A DNA stretch of 64,000 nt from an uncultured Nitrososphaerales archaeon (GTDB lineage: Archaea; Thermoproteota; Nitrososphaeria; Nitrososphaerales; Nitrososphaeraceae): assembly GCA_963713605.1 (NCBI GenBank), contig CAVQMO010000010.1:352001-416000 (forward strand). Reading direction: 5' to 3'. Position numbers and translations under genes: made by a program. Below the pieces are notes generated by a model. The model was not told the DNA's origin. It worked only from the letters and a program-made list of their open reading frames with translations, and ran no database searches. Positions 11,696 to 23,586 of the stretch are shown piece after piece. How positions within the stretch are numbered: position 1 is the first letter of the stretch; each line of letters begins with the position of its first letter.

Positions 11696-12046
11696 TTAAC
11701 CATGAATTAACTTTAGAATATCATAAATCATATTTAGATCAGCATCTACCTCTGTACTTACGAGAAGAAGATGTTCGTTATCAACAGGTATTGTGAACCG
11801 CCTAACCTTTTCGTATTCAGCCATTGCAAACTTTCCTTTTCCAATCTTACTTTCCATTGTATCGCGTAATTTCCATCTATTCCACGCCTGTAGAACCGAT
11901 TCCTTTGTTTGCTCTGAAGAAAGCAGACTCATTGTACCTTCTCGTACGCCCCCATATTTAATTTCGCCATTCCTATTACAAATAGCAGCGAAACGAATCC
12001 TTTTGTCCAGGTCAAAAGTATTCTTACACAGCCTCTCGTAATCCAT
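11696..12046 (-). CDS. DUF6659-like (roadblock/longin-like) protein
   Basis: IRFAAI...GG.REG..SLL...IGKGKFAMAEYEKVRR..P...LLVSTEVDAD; paralog at 39987. Confidence 0.8.
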   Translation of the reverse strand: MDYERLCKNTFDLDKRIRFAAICNRNGEIKYGGVREGTMSLLSSEQTKESVLQAWNRWKLRDTMESKIGKGKFAMAEYEKVRRFTIPVDNEHLLLVSTEVDADLNMIYDILKLIHG

Positions 12047-12306
12047 GACAGTTAGAATACGTTGACCATCTATAAAAGTTAATTATTGTTAGACTATGAA
12101 AGATGCTAGAATAATAACCATAAAGGTGGCCTTTTACCTTAAGGCGCTGCACACTTTTTAGTACGAAGTAGTGAAGAAGTCAATGTGGAACATTCTTGTA
12201 GTGAAGAATCCAATGTGGAACATCCTTGTTCAATTTTCTGCTATTGCCATTATTTATTTTTCTTTCCCTTTTCAGGTTCTCAGTTATTATTTGTTTGTAA
12301 TTGTAC

Positions 12307-13931
12307 TTAAATTGGCAGAGTAAATGAGAACGTTTCTCCCTTCCCATCTGAATTATTCTTTGCCCATATCTTACCCTCATGGGCTTCGATTATGCTTTTT
12401 GAAATAAACAATCCCAATCCTGTACCTTCAAAAGACTTTGTTGCAAATTTGGTAAATAGCCTCGGAAATATTTCAGAATTTATTCCAATGCCGGTATCTC
12501 TCACGCTAACCCAAACTTGACCATTTTGTTTTTCCGTATTAACGCAGATAGTTCCTTCTTCTGTAGATTTGATAGCATTAAGTACGAAATTAGAAATAAC
12601 CTGGCTTATTCTTAATTTATCTGCTTTTACAAGGATAATATCTCTATTGAACTGATACAGTATTTCTACACCTCTGCTAGCTTTAACGATATTTCTAGCA
12701 TCTTGTATGCAATCACATATTATACGATTCAGATCGAATTCCTCAATCTTTAGCTTCAATGCTTGGCTTTCAATTTTTGAAACATCAAGTATATTATCTG
12801 TTAATTGTTGAAGTCTTTTTGCATTCCTAATTATAACGCTCAGAAGTTCTTGCTGCCTGAGCATCCTTTATCTGGATCCTGAGTACCTCAGCTAGTCCAA
12901 GTATTGGTTGGACGGGTGTTCGCAACTCGTGAGTCTGCTACGTCTATGAATTCTTTTTGCATCTTATCTGCTTTCTTTAGTCTATCGTATTCTAACAGTT
13001 TTTCATACTGTATCCGTTCATTCCAAAATAGTTCAAAAAACAACCTAGAAGAATCTACGCCTACTTTACTATTTGAATAAATAATAAAGCTGATGGCTTC
13101 TGAAAACTCTTCTGCTTTTGGTTCTTTAAGCTCAAATCGCATGAACTTTGCCCTATCGACTATGAACAGTCCGGAGTGGGAACCGACACTGTCAAGAATT
13201 TCAATATTTGGTGCCTTTTCAAATATTCTTTTTACAATCTCTGAATTCTCTTCTGTGAGAGGACATATGATTTTTATTGATGCTCTCTTTTTAGTTGATG
13301 CTTCTAGAAGATAATCGATAATTCCTAATTTATCCGCTCTAATCATAGTTTTACTGTTGACAAAAAGCAATAAGGCTTCATTCTTTACTGATCTTGCAAG
13401 GTCAATATATAGATCCTTAGCTTTTTCGTTATCCGTAATAACTTTATAAAATTCCGCATCTATGCCCTTTCCGATTTCAACTATTTTATCTTCTGCATCA
13501 AATGATTTACTCCAGAGATTATCAAAAATGGATTGCTGTATTTGGACAATTTCTTTTACATTGCCATAGATAGCTCGCTGATCAGGTTCCTTCAATGTGA
13601 TAGAACCTAAATATTCTTTTTCGCTTATTACAAAGTTATCTTCAATTTCATCTGTGTGGCGTACCTCTTTAGCGATTCTCATGAGCTCCTTACAATATGG
13701 AATATTTTCGCTTTTAACTTCGATAATGTATCTTTGCCTTCTATCATTATTTTTGCCTGCAGTCATTATTGCTTTCTTTATTGATTCATAGTAAAGGATT
13801 GCCGATAGAAAATTAGAATTACCACAGACGTCCACTCTCACTTTGGCATCAGAAAGAACATCCAATATCGCATTTACTACGTTAGCACGATGCAATATTT
13901 TGTTCCTTTTTTGGGTAGCAAATAGTGGCAC
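12307..13931 (-). CDS. Soluble sensor histidine kinase; two +1 frameshifts around the H-box (about 12934 and 12857)
   Basis: Removing one A restores VAAHELRTPVQPILG; N-box QVISNFVLNAIK, DTGIG, GTGLGLFIS. Confidence 0.9.
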
Positions 13932-14044
13932 TTATTTATAATAATTATATACTTACTTATAAATTCCCCGCTTTTATTACTATAAATAGGGTAAAAACAG
14001 AATAAATGACATTATTATGAGCATATCTTCACAATTTTTATCCA

Positions 14045-14311
14045 TTAGCTATAACCAATTCCATTCTTTGTTGCGGTGTCGTTCACTAGTTGATCTTGTC
14101 TTAATTGGGTGTGTTTACTAGCTATGGAATAAACAGGATAAGCTCGTTTTAAATCACCAACCAAATGCTCGCCTGCTAACTTACATAGATAATCTTCAAG
14201 AAAAGAAGGAAAAGATTTGCTGATCTGATACAGATTGCCACCTACTACCATGGTATTTGGAGTAGCTTTACGATTTATCTCTGAGCATATATTCATAGTT
14301 GACCCGAACAA
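14045..14311 (-). pseudogene. C-terminal fragment of a class III adenylate/guanylate cyclase domain
   Basis: LFGSTMNICSEINRKATPNTMVVGGNLY parallels MIGPTISIAVKMTAIAKPDQIVIGQKLY of the cyclase at 62570; N-terminal part absent. Confidence 0.6.
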
Positions 14312-14446
14312 GTTACATCTATTAGATCTATGAAATCATAAAATAAAAAGGCTATTTCTTGCTCATTATGACATATTTGCATTGTAATTGGAGCAACGGA
14401 TAGCTAAATCACCTTATATAGCCAATTATACATAGTACTTCGAAGG

Positions 14447-16144
14447 TTGACACTTTCGAGTTCCCATCAGAGTGGTAGAAAAATGATTAGGGAGGGTACT
14501 GAGGTTTTCTATGGAGTTGATACTGTTATGAATACGGTATTACAATTCTTGTACCAAACTAATGGTAAAATTGATGCCTGCGTAGACTATACTCGCCCTT
14601 CATTGGCAATTGACATTGTGATATTGAAGAAAGCTTTTCTTGATGCAAAAAAAAGGGGCGTTAAACTAAGATATGCTACTGAAATTATCAAAGATAACAT
14701 CTCTTATTGCAAGGAGATGATGACGATGGTTGACGAGCTTCGACATTTAGACGGAATTAAGGGAAACTTTTACATTAGTGAAACAGGATATCTCGCTCCT
14801 GCTACTTTTCATGAAGCAGGAAAACCGGCAGCGCAAATCATCTATAGCAATGTCAAAGAAATCATCGAGCATCAAAAGTACGTCTTTGAAACCTTATGGA
14901 GTAAAACTATCCCTGCAGAGCAGCGAATACGAGAAATTGAAGAAGGAACCGAAGCAGAATTTTATGAGGTAATCACTGACAACGAAAAAGCAAGTCAGAT
15001 CCTTGTTGATATGACAAAGTCTGTACAGAAAGAAGCCCTAATCTTCCTTCCTAATGATAAAGCTATGGTGAGGATTGATAGATTAGGTATAATTGATTAT
15101 CTTGTAAAGGCGTCACAGAATGGAGCGAATGTAAAGATTATCTGTACATTGTCTGAGGAGAACGCAGAGATTCAGAAAAAAATATCAGACAACGCACCAG
15201 ATATCAGAATACTCGATGGCAACAACTCTCCATATGGCATGTACATAATAGACCGTAAAAAGTTTCTTAGAGCGGAGCTGAAAAGACCTCGAGCTGAAAA
15301 ATTCTCAGACGCAATTGGTCTAGTAGTATACTCTAATAGAAGAATCACTGTAGAATCCTTCGAGTCAGTCTTCGAATTACTTTGGAATGAGCGTATGTTG
15401 GTTGAAGAACTAAAGAAAGCAGATAGGATGCAAAAAGAGTTTATAAGTATAGCAGCTCATGAACTAAAAACGCCCATACAAGCTATTCTTGGTATGAGTG
15501 CCCTATTGAAATATTATCCAGAAAGAACAGAGCAGGTGGTAGAAGTGATATGCAGGAACGCTGTCAGATTGCAAAGGCTTTCTACTAATATATTAGTTGC
15601 AACAAGAATTGAGAGTCAGACGTTAAAACTAGAGAAGGAACGATTCAACATCTGTGATTTGATACCCACTATTATAGAGGACTACAAAGAGAGGATTAAA
15701 GACAACACTAATGATGAAGTTGAATTAATCTATAATGATAATCTAAACAATAACCCCATTGTTGTAGAAGCAGACAAGGAAAGGATAATCCAAGTTATTT
15801 CTAATCTCTTAAGTAACTCTATTCAATTTACAAATAAAGGTTATATATCTCTTAAAATAGTTGTTGATAACGACAGTAAGGAAGTTACTGTTACTGTAAA
15901 AGATACTGGTATAGGAATCAACCCTGAAATCTTACCAAGGCTATTTTCAAAGTTTGTTACGAGATCGCAACAGGGAACAGGCTTAGGACTTTTTATTTCC
16001 AAGAATATAATCGAAGCTCACGGAGGCAGAATCTGGGCTGAAAATAATAGCTTAGATGGAAAAGGAACAATTTTTGGTTTCACGCTACCTTTAGAAACAA
16101 AGAATGGAGTTAAGGAAGAAAAAGGGAGAGCGGGTTCTAGCTAA
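14447..16144 (+). CDS. Soluble sensor histidine kinase with two tandem TrmB/PLD-like N-terminal domains
   Basis: AAHELKTP H-box, QVISNLLSNSI, DTGIG, GTGLGLFIS; no TM helices. Confidence 0.93.
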   Translation: MTLSSSHQSGRKMIREGTEVFYGVDTVMNTVLQFLYQTNGKIDACVDYTRPSLAIDIVILKKAFLDAKKRGVKLRYATEIIKDNISYCKEMMTMVDELRHLDGIKGNFYISETGYLAPATFHEAGKPAAQIIYSNVKEIIEHQKYVFETLWSKTIPAEQRIREIEEGTEAEFYEVITDNEKASQILVDMTKSVQKEALIFLPNDKAMVRIDRLGIIDYLVKASQNGANVKIICTLSEENAEIQKKISDNAPDIRILDGNNSPYGMYIIDRKKFLRAELKRPRAEKFSDAIGLVVYSNRRITVESFESVFELLWNERMLVEELKKADRMQKEFISIAAHELKTPIQAILGMSALLKYYPERTEQVVEVICRNAVRLQRLSTNILVATRIESQTLKLEKERFNICDLIPTIIEDYKERIKDNTNDEVELIYNDNLNNNPIVVEADKERIIQVISNLLSNSIQFTNKGYISLKIVVDNDSKEVTVTVKDTGIGINPEILPRLFSKFVTRSQQGTGLGLFISKNIIEAHGGRIWAENNSLDGKGTIFGFTLPLETKNGVKEEKGRAGSS

Positions 16145-16554
16145 TGGATGAAAAAATAAAAGGAAAAAGAATCATGGTCGTAGATGACGAATCTGACCTT
16201 ACTTTGTTTTACAGGATGTCTTTAGAATACCATGGATTCGAAGTTGAAACATTTAATGACCCCAGAAAAGCACTGTCAAATTTCAAACCAGATTATTACG
16301 ACTTAATTATTCTTGATATCAAAATGCCAGATATTGACGGCTTTGAATTATACGAGAAAATACTAAAGATAGATAGTAAGGCTAAAGTTTGTTTTCTTAC
16401 AGCAAGTGAATTGTATTACAAGGAGTTTAGAGCGAAAAAATATAGTGCATTATATAAAGACCTATTTATTCGAAAGCCGATTGGGAACGAAGAGATGATA
16501 AAGGAGATAGATCGCTTAATTGAAAATAAGGAAGACATAAGAACAAAATCTTAA
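16144..16554 (+). CDS. Single-domain response regulator, translationally coupled to the kinase
   Basis: VVDDE, ILDIKMP, FLTA, IRKP; TAATG stop/start overlap. Confidence 0.93.
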   Translation: MDEKIKGKRIMVVDDESDLTLFYRMSLEYHGFEVETFNDPRKALSNFKPDYYDLIILDIKMPDIDGFELYEKILKIDSKAKVCFLTASELYYKEFRAKKYSALYKDLFIRKPIGNEEMIKEIDRLIENKEDIRTKS

Positions 16555-16979
16555 TCTATGAATTAGATCCAGCCATCCTATTCAATATTTTAGGCCCCAG
16601 ATATTTATTAAATAGACTATTTGCCAATAGCTGATTTCCCAGAGTCAAAGCTAAACCAAGCATAATTATACAATCTAGATCGTTATGATCCGCCGTGTCG
16701 TTATGTTCCTTGTGAGTAACAGTCTCAATTCCTAGAACATAGGATAGTACTTTAGGGGTTTGTTTTTTGCTCATGGAACTAGAACAAGGATAGATTGAGA
16801 TTGCGGTAAATATAGAGAGAATAACTTTCAGGAACAGTGGAAATAAAAGTATAGGAAGTTAATGTCTATGACAAATATTACTAATTTGCGCAACCAAGAG
16901 CACCATTACAGTTATTCTTTTGTCTCTGTTTGAATGTAAAATCCATAAACTATAATGCATCATCCACAATAACCAATTC

Positions 16980-18698
16980 TTAAAAGTGCCAGTCTAGCTC
17001 TTTTCTTATTTGTTTCACTAATTTATCTATTTCAATGGGTTTTTCAATAACAGGACCTGGACTCGTTTCTCCTTTTGATGTTGATAAAACTTCTTTTAAT
17101 ACTTTATGATATGTTTCATATGCGGTAATAAACCATACTTTGACCTTATTGTCTATTTCACTTATCTTTTCATATAGTTCAAATCCGTCAATCTTGGGCA
17201 TTTTAATATCAATTAGCAATAAATCATAGTAATCCGACTTGAATTTTGATAATGCTTTTGCTGAATCATTATACGCATCAACTTCAAATCCTGCAAGCTC
17301 CAATCCCATCTTGAAAGTAATTGTATGATCATAGTCATCGTCCACTAAAAATATTCGCTTCATTCTCGTTTTATGAGTGTTATAATAACTACTACTATCA
17401 TGATAGCTTTCCTTTCTTCTTTCTTCAATGCGATTGTTCATAGTGGAGACAATATCGGTAACCATACTTTCTTTGTGATCTTGTTGAATAACCAGTGGTA
17501 GGGTAAATGAGAATGTGGCACCTATTCCATCTGAATTATTCTCAGCCCACATTTTGCCTCCATGGTCCTCAATGATTCTTTTGGATATATACAGACCTAA
17601 TCCTGTCCCTACAATAGATTTTGTGGCAAATCTTGTAAATAGTCTTGGCATTATTTCAGGGTCGATACCTTGGCCAGTGTCGGTCACACTGACGATAATT
17701 TGATGATTGGTGTCATCTGTTATAATATTAACAGATATCTCTCCTTTCCGAGTGAATTTAATAGCATTGCTTAAAAGATTCGAAACGACCTGAGTTAGTC
17801 TCTCTGCATCTGCCTTTACAATAATGTTGTCATTATTACTTGAGTATGCTAACTTTATTTTTCTTTGTTTATTATTTTCTTTTTCCTTTTTGTGATCTAC
17901 AAGGACATTCGTTATTATATCATTTAACCTAAGGTATTGTTTGTTAACTATTAACGACTGACTCTCAATTTTTGTGGCATCAAGTATGTTTTCTGTAAGC
18001 TTTCGTAGTCTTTTTGCATTCCTGACGATAACGATTAGTAACTCTTTATCTTGTTCGATGTTTCTTTTCTTAGAAAGAAGAATTTCTGATAATCCAAGTA
18101 TTGGTTGTATAGGAGCTCTCAGTTCATGAGCTGCAATTCTGATAAACTCATCTTGTATCTTGTCGTGCTCTTGGAGTCGTTCATATAATTCGTTTAGCTT
18201 TTGATACAGTTCTGATTGTTTCGATAGACTTTCAAATATTGAAACATAAGATAATACTATTGATTTACTATCAGAATAAGTTGCTAGACCTATTGCTTCT
18301 TCAAAAGTAGCTTTAGTATCATCTATTAATTCAATTACAAATGAAACTTTTCTATCTACTATTAAAATAGTTTCTTGTAAGCCGGAAGATCGTTGTTCCG
18401 CAATATATCTTGTATAGATATTGTTACTAGGATCATGTTGATAATTTTCTTTTAAAGGAAATGGTTCTTGTACTAATTCCTGACTATTTTCTAAATTTTC
18501 TATAGGCACTAACACTCTGACTCTGATTTCTTTTTCTCTTGCAACTTGCTTTATTAAACCAATTATTCCTACTCTCTCTTGACGTTCAAACGCCTTATTA
18601 GTAGGAAAAATCAGCATTATTTCCTCTTTAGAAGATTTTAAAAGATCGAAATAAAGATCCTTTATCTTAATTGCCTGGGAGATTTCCTTGATACCCAT
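16980..18698 (-). CDS. Hybrid histidine kinase / receiver, probably N-terminally truncated
   Basis: AAHELRAP, NAIKF, DTGQG, GTGLGL, then LVDDD...LIDIKMP...EKP; only one sensor repeat. Confidence 0.9.
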   Translation of the reverse strand: MGIKEISQAIKIKDLYFDLLKSSKEEIMLIFPTNKAFERQERVGIIGLIKQVAREKEIRVRVLVPIENLENSQELVQEPFPLKENYQHDPSNNIYTRYIAEQRSSGLQETILIVDRKVSFVIELIDDTKATFEEAIGLATYSDSKSIVLSYVSIFESLSKQSELYQKLNELYERLQEHDKIQDEFIRIAAHELRAPIQPILGLSEILLSKKRNIEQDKELLIVIVRNAKRLRKLTENILDATKIESQSLIVNKQYLRLNDIITNVLVDHKKEKENNKQRKIKLAYSSNNDNIIVKADAERLTQVVSNLLSNAIKFTRKGEISVNIITDDTNHQIIVSVTDTGQGIDPEIMPRLFTRFATKSIVGTGLGLYISKRIIEDHGGKMWAENNSDGIGATFSFTLPLVIQQDHKESMVTDIVSTMNNRIEERRKESYHDSSSYYNTHKTRMKRIFLVDDDYDHTITFKMGLELAGFEVDAYNDSAKALSKFKSDYYDLLLIDIKMPKIDGFELYEKISEIDNKVKVWFITAYETYHKVLKEVLSTSKGETSPGPVIEKPIEIDKLVKQIRKELDWHF

Positions 18699-18792
18699 AT
18701 TTAGGAATTAATTCAATATCGTGCCCACAGCACCATCCTATATAAGACTTATTAAGTAGAGACGTTACTTATTTGCCCCCAAACCAACTATA

Positions 18793-18957
18793 GGTACTGA
18801 AAGTTATGTGAATTCGGGATGGATATGGCCTCAAGGACAAGTACCTCCAGGAGCTCCCCCCACAACGACGTTTACTGTGACTTTCGAAAAGGCTGGAATA
18901 TGTGATTATGTGTGTACAGCACATCCATGGATGACTGGAAGAGTAACGCTAAAGTAG
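18793..18957 (+). pseudogene. C-terminal fragment of a blue-copper (cupredoxin/plastocyanin-like) protein
   Basis: Manual translation GTESYVNSGWIWPQGQVPPGAPPTTTFTVTFEKAGICDYVCTAHPWMTGRVTLK*; type-1 Cu motif CxxHPWM; in-frame TAG at 18757, no N-terminus. Confidence 0.8.
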
Positions 18958-19257
18958 TAACTGAATAGATAACGACAAACCCTTTTATTTAGTAGATCCA
19001 AATTTGTATGTATAATAACTGGCCGATTATAGATGTTTAACCTGATCCAAAGTTGTGTATTACATAAGCATAGTGTACATGGTATTAAGTTCAATTGATA
19101 CTTTTTGAATTAATAATCAATCCTGCGTGATAGATTTGAATAAAATTGATAATTATTCTTGAATATCAACAATCATTTGTTACTTATACGTCGGCCTGTT
19201 GAGCAATCTTTATAGAATATATCGTTAAGAGATCTTGTAGAGAAGAGGCAAGATCTT

Positions 19258-19482
19258 GTGATAATGGATATTCGTATGCCTCAGCTGAACGGTTTACAAT
19301 TATACCAAAGGCTTAAGGCCATAAATTCATCCGTCAGAATCCTCTTTGTCACCGCTCTGGATGCAGCAGTAGAGCTCATCTCAGTGTTGCCAGACATAGA
19401 GGTAAACCGGGTGATTATGAAACCTGTGAGTAGAGATAGGTTTCTCAAATACGTTAAGCTCGCCGTCCGTGAGAAAGACTAA
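19258..19482 (+). pseudogene. C-terminal half of a response regulator receiver
   Basis: IMDIRMPQLNG, FVTA, MKP present; N-terminal DD motif missing. Confidence 0.75.
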
Positions 19483-19596
19483 GGCAGCTAGTAGATATTA
19501 AAATGCCACATATTGGGCCAAAAGATTGTGTTGATAACAATTCACAAACCTCTGGGCCCATGCCAATCCCTTCCTATAGGACGAACCAAAAATAGA

Positions 19597-19720
19597 CGTG
19601 AAAGTGATTAGATGTAGTGGTGATATTGTATATCGTGTAGATTTAGAACTAGTTACAGATAGTATTAACAAGCCCAAACAACTGTTTTGACTAGGAAGTA
19701 CTAGCCATAAATAATGCAGA
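19597..19720 (+). repeat. 124-bp direct repeat, copy 1
   Basis: CGTGAAAGTGAT...GAACTAGTTACAGATAGTATTAACAAGCCCAAACAACTGTTTTGACTAGGAAGTACTAGCCATAAATAAT matches 25718..25841 with a few substitutions. Confidence 0.9.
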
Positions 19721-20235
19721 TACATTCATCTGTTCGCAATTTCTTAGATATTGATTATACATATCAAGCCATGATGAATACACCCATGAACAACACCTAC
19801 AAAGACAGTCCTATCGACTTACATAAACTTATACTTCGATAAATTAAGTACATTGAGGAATGAACCTTAAATAGAAGCAAATATGGTTGTGTAATATGCG
19901 AAGGAACACTGGCGGCTCGACCTGGCTCATAATTATTGGGGTCGTGGGTTTGGTAGTAGCTTCACAGTAGGAATCTTGATTTGGCGTGGGATCTTGAGAT
20001 GGTAAGTTAACGATAAGTTAATGGATTACTTCACATTTACTATGGTGATGCAAACATACCAAATACGCTCATTCTTACAATCGATAGAATGTGGAATTTA
20101 TCAGCTCGTTTCCTAACTCCACTCTCGAACGCGATTTCCCTCTACCACGCGTTAAGCTGAAAGTTTAAAGAAAATATTGATTAACAGTTCTCCAAGTCAG
20201 AAAGTTCTAAAGTTTGCTTTCCTTATGATATGTAT

Positions 20236-20673
20236 TCATGCAAGGAGGTTAGATGCAACATTTTGTCTTTTACAATATTTGAGAATTTCCTTAATCTTTT
20301 GATTTTCTATCAAATTATCTATAATCTTGCTATATTCTTCTACTTGCAACTCCTTAAAAGAAGGATAAAATTGTAACTCGTCTATTGCCTTTAGTCTCCA
20401 ATAATAATATAATCCAATCGCAATTGTAGATTCGGCTTCATAAACTACTTTACCTAGTGAAGTTAAAAAGTACCTGCCTTTTTCTCTTTTTATCAAACCA
20501 GCATTCATCATACGGGATATTCTGTAGTAGTATTGTTTTGCTGTAAGATTAAATCTTTTTTTAAACATATCACTATTACTGGCATTATTTGTTGTTGCAA
20601 TTGTTTTAAAGATAATTAAAGATAGCTCATCGGAAATTGCATACATTATATCAGTTTCAGCTATACCTGTCAT
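20236..20673 (-). CDS. Winged-helix (ArsR-like) transcription regulator
   Basis: AISDELSL.IF..IA, LTAKQYYYRISRMMNAGLIKREKGRYFLTSLG; homologous to N-terminus of the 22306 ORF; start may be 20733. Confidence 0.8.
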   Translation of the reverse strand: MTGIAETDIMYAISDELSLIIFKTIATTNNASNSDMFKKRFNLTAKQYYYRISRMMNAGLIKREKGRYFLTSLGKVVYEAESTIAIGLYYYWRLKAIDELQFYPSFKELQVEEYSKIIDNLIENQKIKEILKYCKRQNVASNLLA

Positions 20674-21156
20674 TTTGTTTTCAGTCAGTAATAAAAGAAA
20701 AAAATGATATATATCGCTACGCTTCCTGGTCATGGAAACAAATACATGAAAGTAACCACAAATTAATATAAATTGATGTTTGTCGTCACTTTTTTACCTA
20801 AAAATGAGATCATAAGAAAAACTTACTTTTCATAGAAGATCGTATGGACTGATTTCGATTGAAAGAATATTCTATTTAAAATTACTACAATCTAAAGTAG
20901 TTATAAATAATAATGTTCCTTAAACGTTCAGAAAGATGAATATTTATAAGAAATGCAACTGGTAGGCCATAATGAAAAACTGTTATATTGCATTTTTAAG
21001 TAACAAATAGCTCCGAATAATTATTGTTGTTTACGGCCAATAAAATAAATTTCTGTAGCTAATGGTGTATGTACTGTTTATTAATGGGAAGTATTATATT
21101 AAATTCATGCAATATACTCACTTTCATCAAAATGTTTCCAAGAACGGTGAAAAAGA

Positions 21157-22216
21157 ATGAGACCTATAGAAGAAGGAAATGAAGAACCGACATATAAAAA
21201 CGGAACAATGAAAGCAAAATCCAAAAGCATGTACAGTAATCTACTTGTAAACAATGCAGGTATGAATAATGTCATAACCCAATACCTGAGAACTTTTGTA
21301 TATTATGTGAAAGCACGATCAAATGTATACATATTTGCCTTTGCTACGCTTATATCACTAATACTGGGATTTCATGGAAATGCAGTAGATTACGGTATTG
21401 CTATCTGTGTAATATGTGCTAGTTATTTTATGGCACTAGCAACATACATCTATAATGATATGACAGATTTTGAAGTAGATAAAATAAATAAAACAAATAG
21501 ACCTTCGGTAACTGGAAAAGCTACAAAAAGACAACTTATTATCATTGTATCTATATTAAACGGGGTTGCATTATTGCTCACGTCTTTTGCGGGCTTAAAT
21601 GCTGTATGTGTTTCAGTATTATTTATTACATTAGGTATTGCATACTCGCATGGAAGTTTAAATCTAAAAGAGAAATTTCCTTTGAAAACAGTGATAACTG
21701 CTGCAGGTGCAGGACTGTTGTCTCTTTTAGGAGGAACTGCTGCCTCTGACTTCAACAAATAGCAATTATGATGATGACAGTAATTCCTTTTCATCTCTGT
21801 TGCCAATAATATATGCTGCATTATTCTTTTTCGCTTTCTTTTTTATTTTAGGACCTCTTGGAGATATTGGGGACTTGAAAGGAGACAGAATGGTTGGTAG
21901 ACGTACATTTCCAATTGTTCTTGGAATAAAGTCAACTATTATGGTAATGCTCTCTATACCTATAACTATAATACTCATGGCAATATTATTACCTTATTAT
22001 GACGATATCAGCATGAATAACGGTAGCAAAAATGGCATTATATTCATAAATCCCTCAGGAATCTTCCTTATTATTGGCACTTGCATAGCTACATTGGCGT
22101 TTATTTTAAGGATAAGCAAAAAAGTTGACGACACCTTGACAATCAAGGCCATGAGACCCAAAATGAGGTTTCTCCATATTTTGCTACAAATTTCATTACT
22201 TGTAACATTCTTATGA
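21157..22216 (+). CDS. UbiA-family prenyltransferase; +1 frameshift near 21757
   Basis: YNDMTDFEVDKINKTNRP and DIGDLKGDRMVGRRTFP Asp-rich motifs; many TM helices; removing one A fuses the two ORFs. Confidence 0.88.
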
Positions 22217-22305
22217 GTTCTTGTTGTCCTAAGAAAAAGAAAAGAAGAATTAATACACGATTTCAACCTATCAATTAAAGATACCTTGAATACTAAAGCG
22301 TTACT

Positions 22306-23283
22306 TTATGTAATCGCCTGCTGTAGCTGTGTACTCAGCTTTTCCTCTGTACTCTGAGTGTATGAAGAAGAAGCATTAACCCATATCTTGTAGTAGAGCT
22401 CCTGCATTATTTTTAAAGTCTTTTCATCCCCTTTGATGAAGATCACACCATAGAAATCATTTGGATCATTCCAGTTGACTATTTCTATAGCTACTTCATT
22501 GTCGTCTAATATAATCATGCTAAATGGAATACTAGCTATCCTTCTACTTACTTTGCCTGGATACCACGGATTGGACACAACATTCATCCGCTCACTAGTG
22601 TTTTTGTCATTATCTCTTAACTTTAAAGTCTTACCTTCTGCTTCAAAATATTGCTTAACCAGATTTGAGTCAGTTAGTACTTTAACATCGATTCCTGAAG
22701 AGTTTGCTTTGCGGAGTATACTGTTGATTATTATTTCATTAAGGTACCTACTTGCAAGCAGGATTTCATTCTTGCAGAATTCGATCCTTTCGACCATTGC
22801 TGATACCATGTCCTGATATGTCCATACAAATTCGATTTTTATTGATGATGCGTTTGAATCTGTTGGGATACTGATTTTATTACCTGTAACCCTCCTAACA
22901 AAATTAGCAATCTCATCTTTAGAGAATTGTTTAGTATGCTTCAAAGTATCAACCATTTTCATCTGTTTTATATTTTTTAACTCTTCTATTAAGCTGAGAA
23001 TATGATTTTGATAAATTATATTTCCGAGTGTTGTGTGTTTATAAACGCCGTCAGATTTTTCAACTAAACCTGCATTTATTAGCTGTTTTAATCTAGTATA
23101 GTATACTTTCTTTGATATCCCAAGCTTTTGTATGGTAGATGATTTGGCCTCAAGACCTTCATTATTATTACTATCACCATCTGCAAGCATAAAAATACTC
23201 AAATTATCTTTCCTTGACAAGATAGAAAGTAACTTTGCCGAGTTTTTGACTAAATCTGGGTTAACTAGTATGTTCTTAACCAT
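22306..23283 (-). CDS. Winged-helix regulator with TrmB/PLD-like C-terminal domain
   Basis: ISKKVYYTRLKQLINAGLV HTH; CKNEILLASRY, GIDVKVLTD, FSMIILDDNEV. Confidence 0.8.
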   Translation of the reverse strand: MVKNILVNPDLVKNSAKLLSILSRKDNLSIFMLADGDSNNNEGLEAKSSTIQKLGISKKVYYTRLKQLINAGLVEKSDGVYKHTTLGNIIYQNHILSLIEELKNIKQMKMVDTLKHTKQFSKDEIANFVRRVTGNKISIPTDSNASSIKIEFVWTYQDMVSAMVERIEFCKNEILLASRYLNEIIINSILRKANSSGIDVKVLTDSNLVKQYFEAEGKTLKLRDNDKNTSERMNVVSNPWYPGKVSRRIASIPFSMIILDDNEVAIEIVNWNDPNDFYGVIFIKGDEKTLKIMQELYYKIWVNASSSYTQSTEEKLSTQLQQAIT

Positions 23284-23586
23284 TGAATGGAGAATATAGA
23301 TCTTTTTTATATATATTTATTATGTTTATTTATTCAAGGCGTTAAAATAGCCTCTGTTACATCATCGATAAAATTTAGGTTCTAAATATCTAATTTTTAT
23401 CTTCTTTCACTTCTACTAGTAAATAATCATCAATCTAAAGCTCTATTTGTAACATTTATTATGGTTCCTTTAGATTGAAAAATCATTAAAATAATTGGAT
23501 CAGATTCATTCCTCTTCGTTTCAACCGCACAGATGATATTCGTTATAAAAATTTTTTACAGACTCTGGCAAGAAGATGTTGTTATA

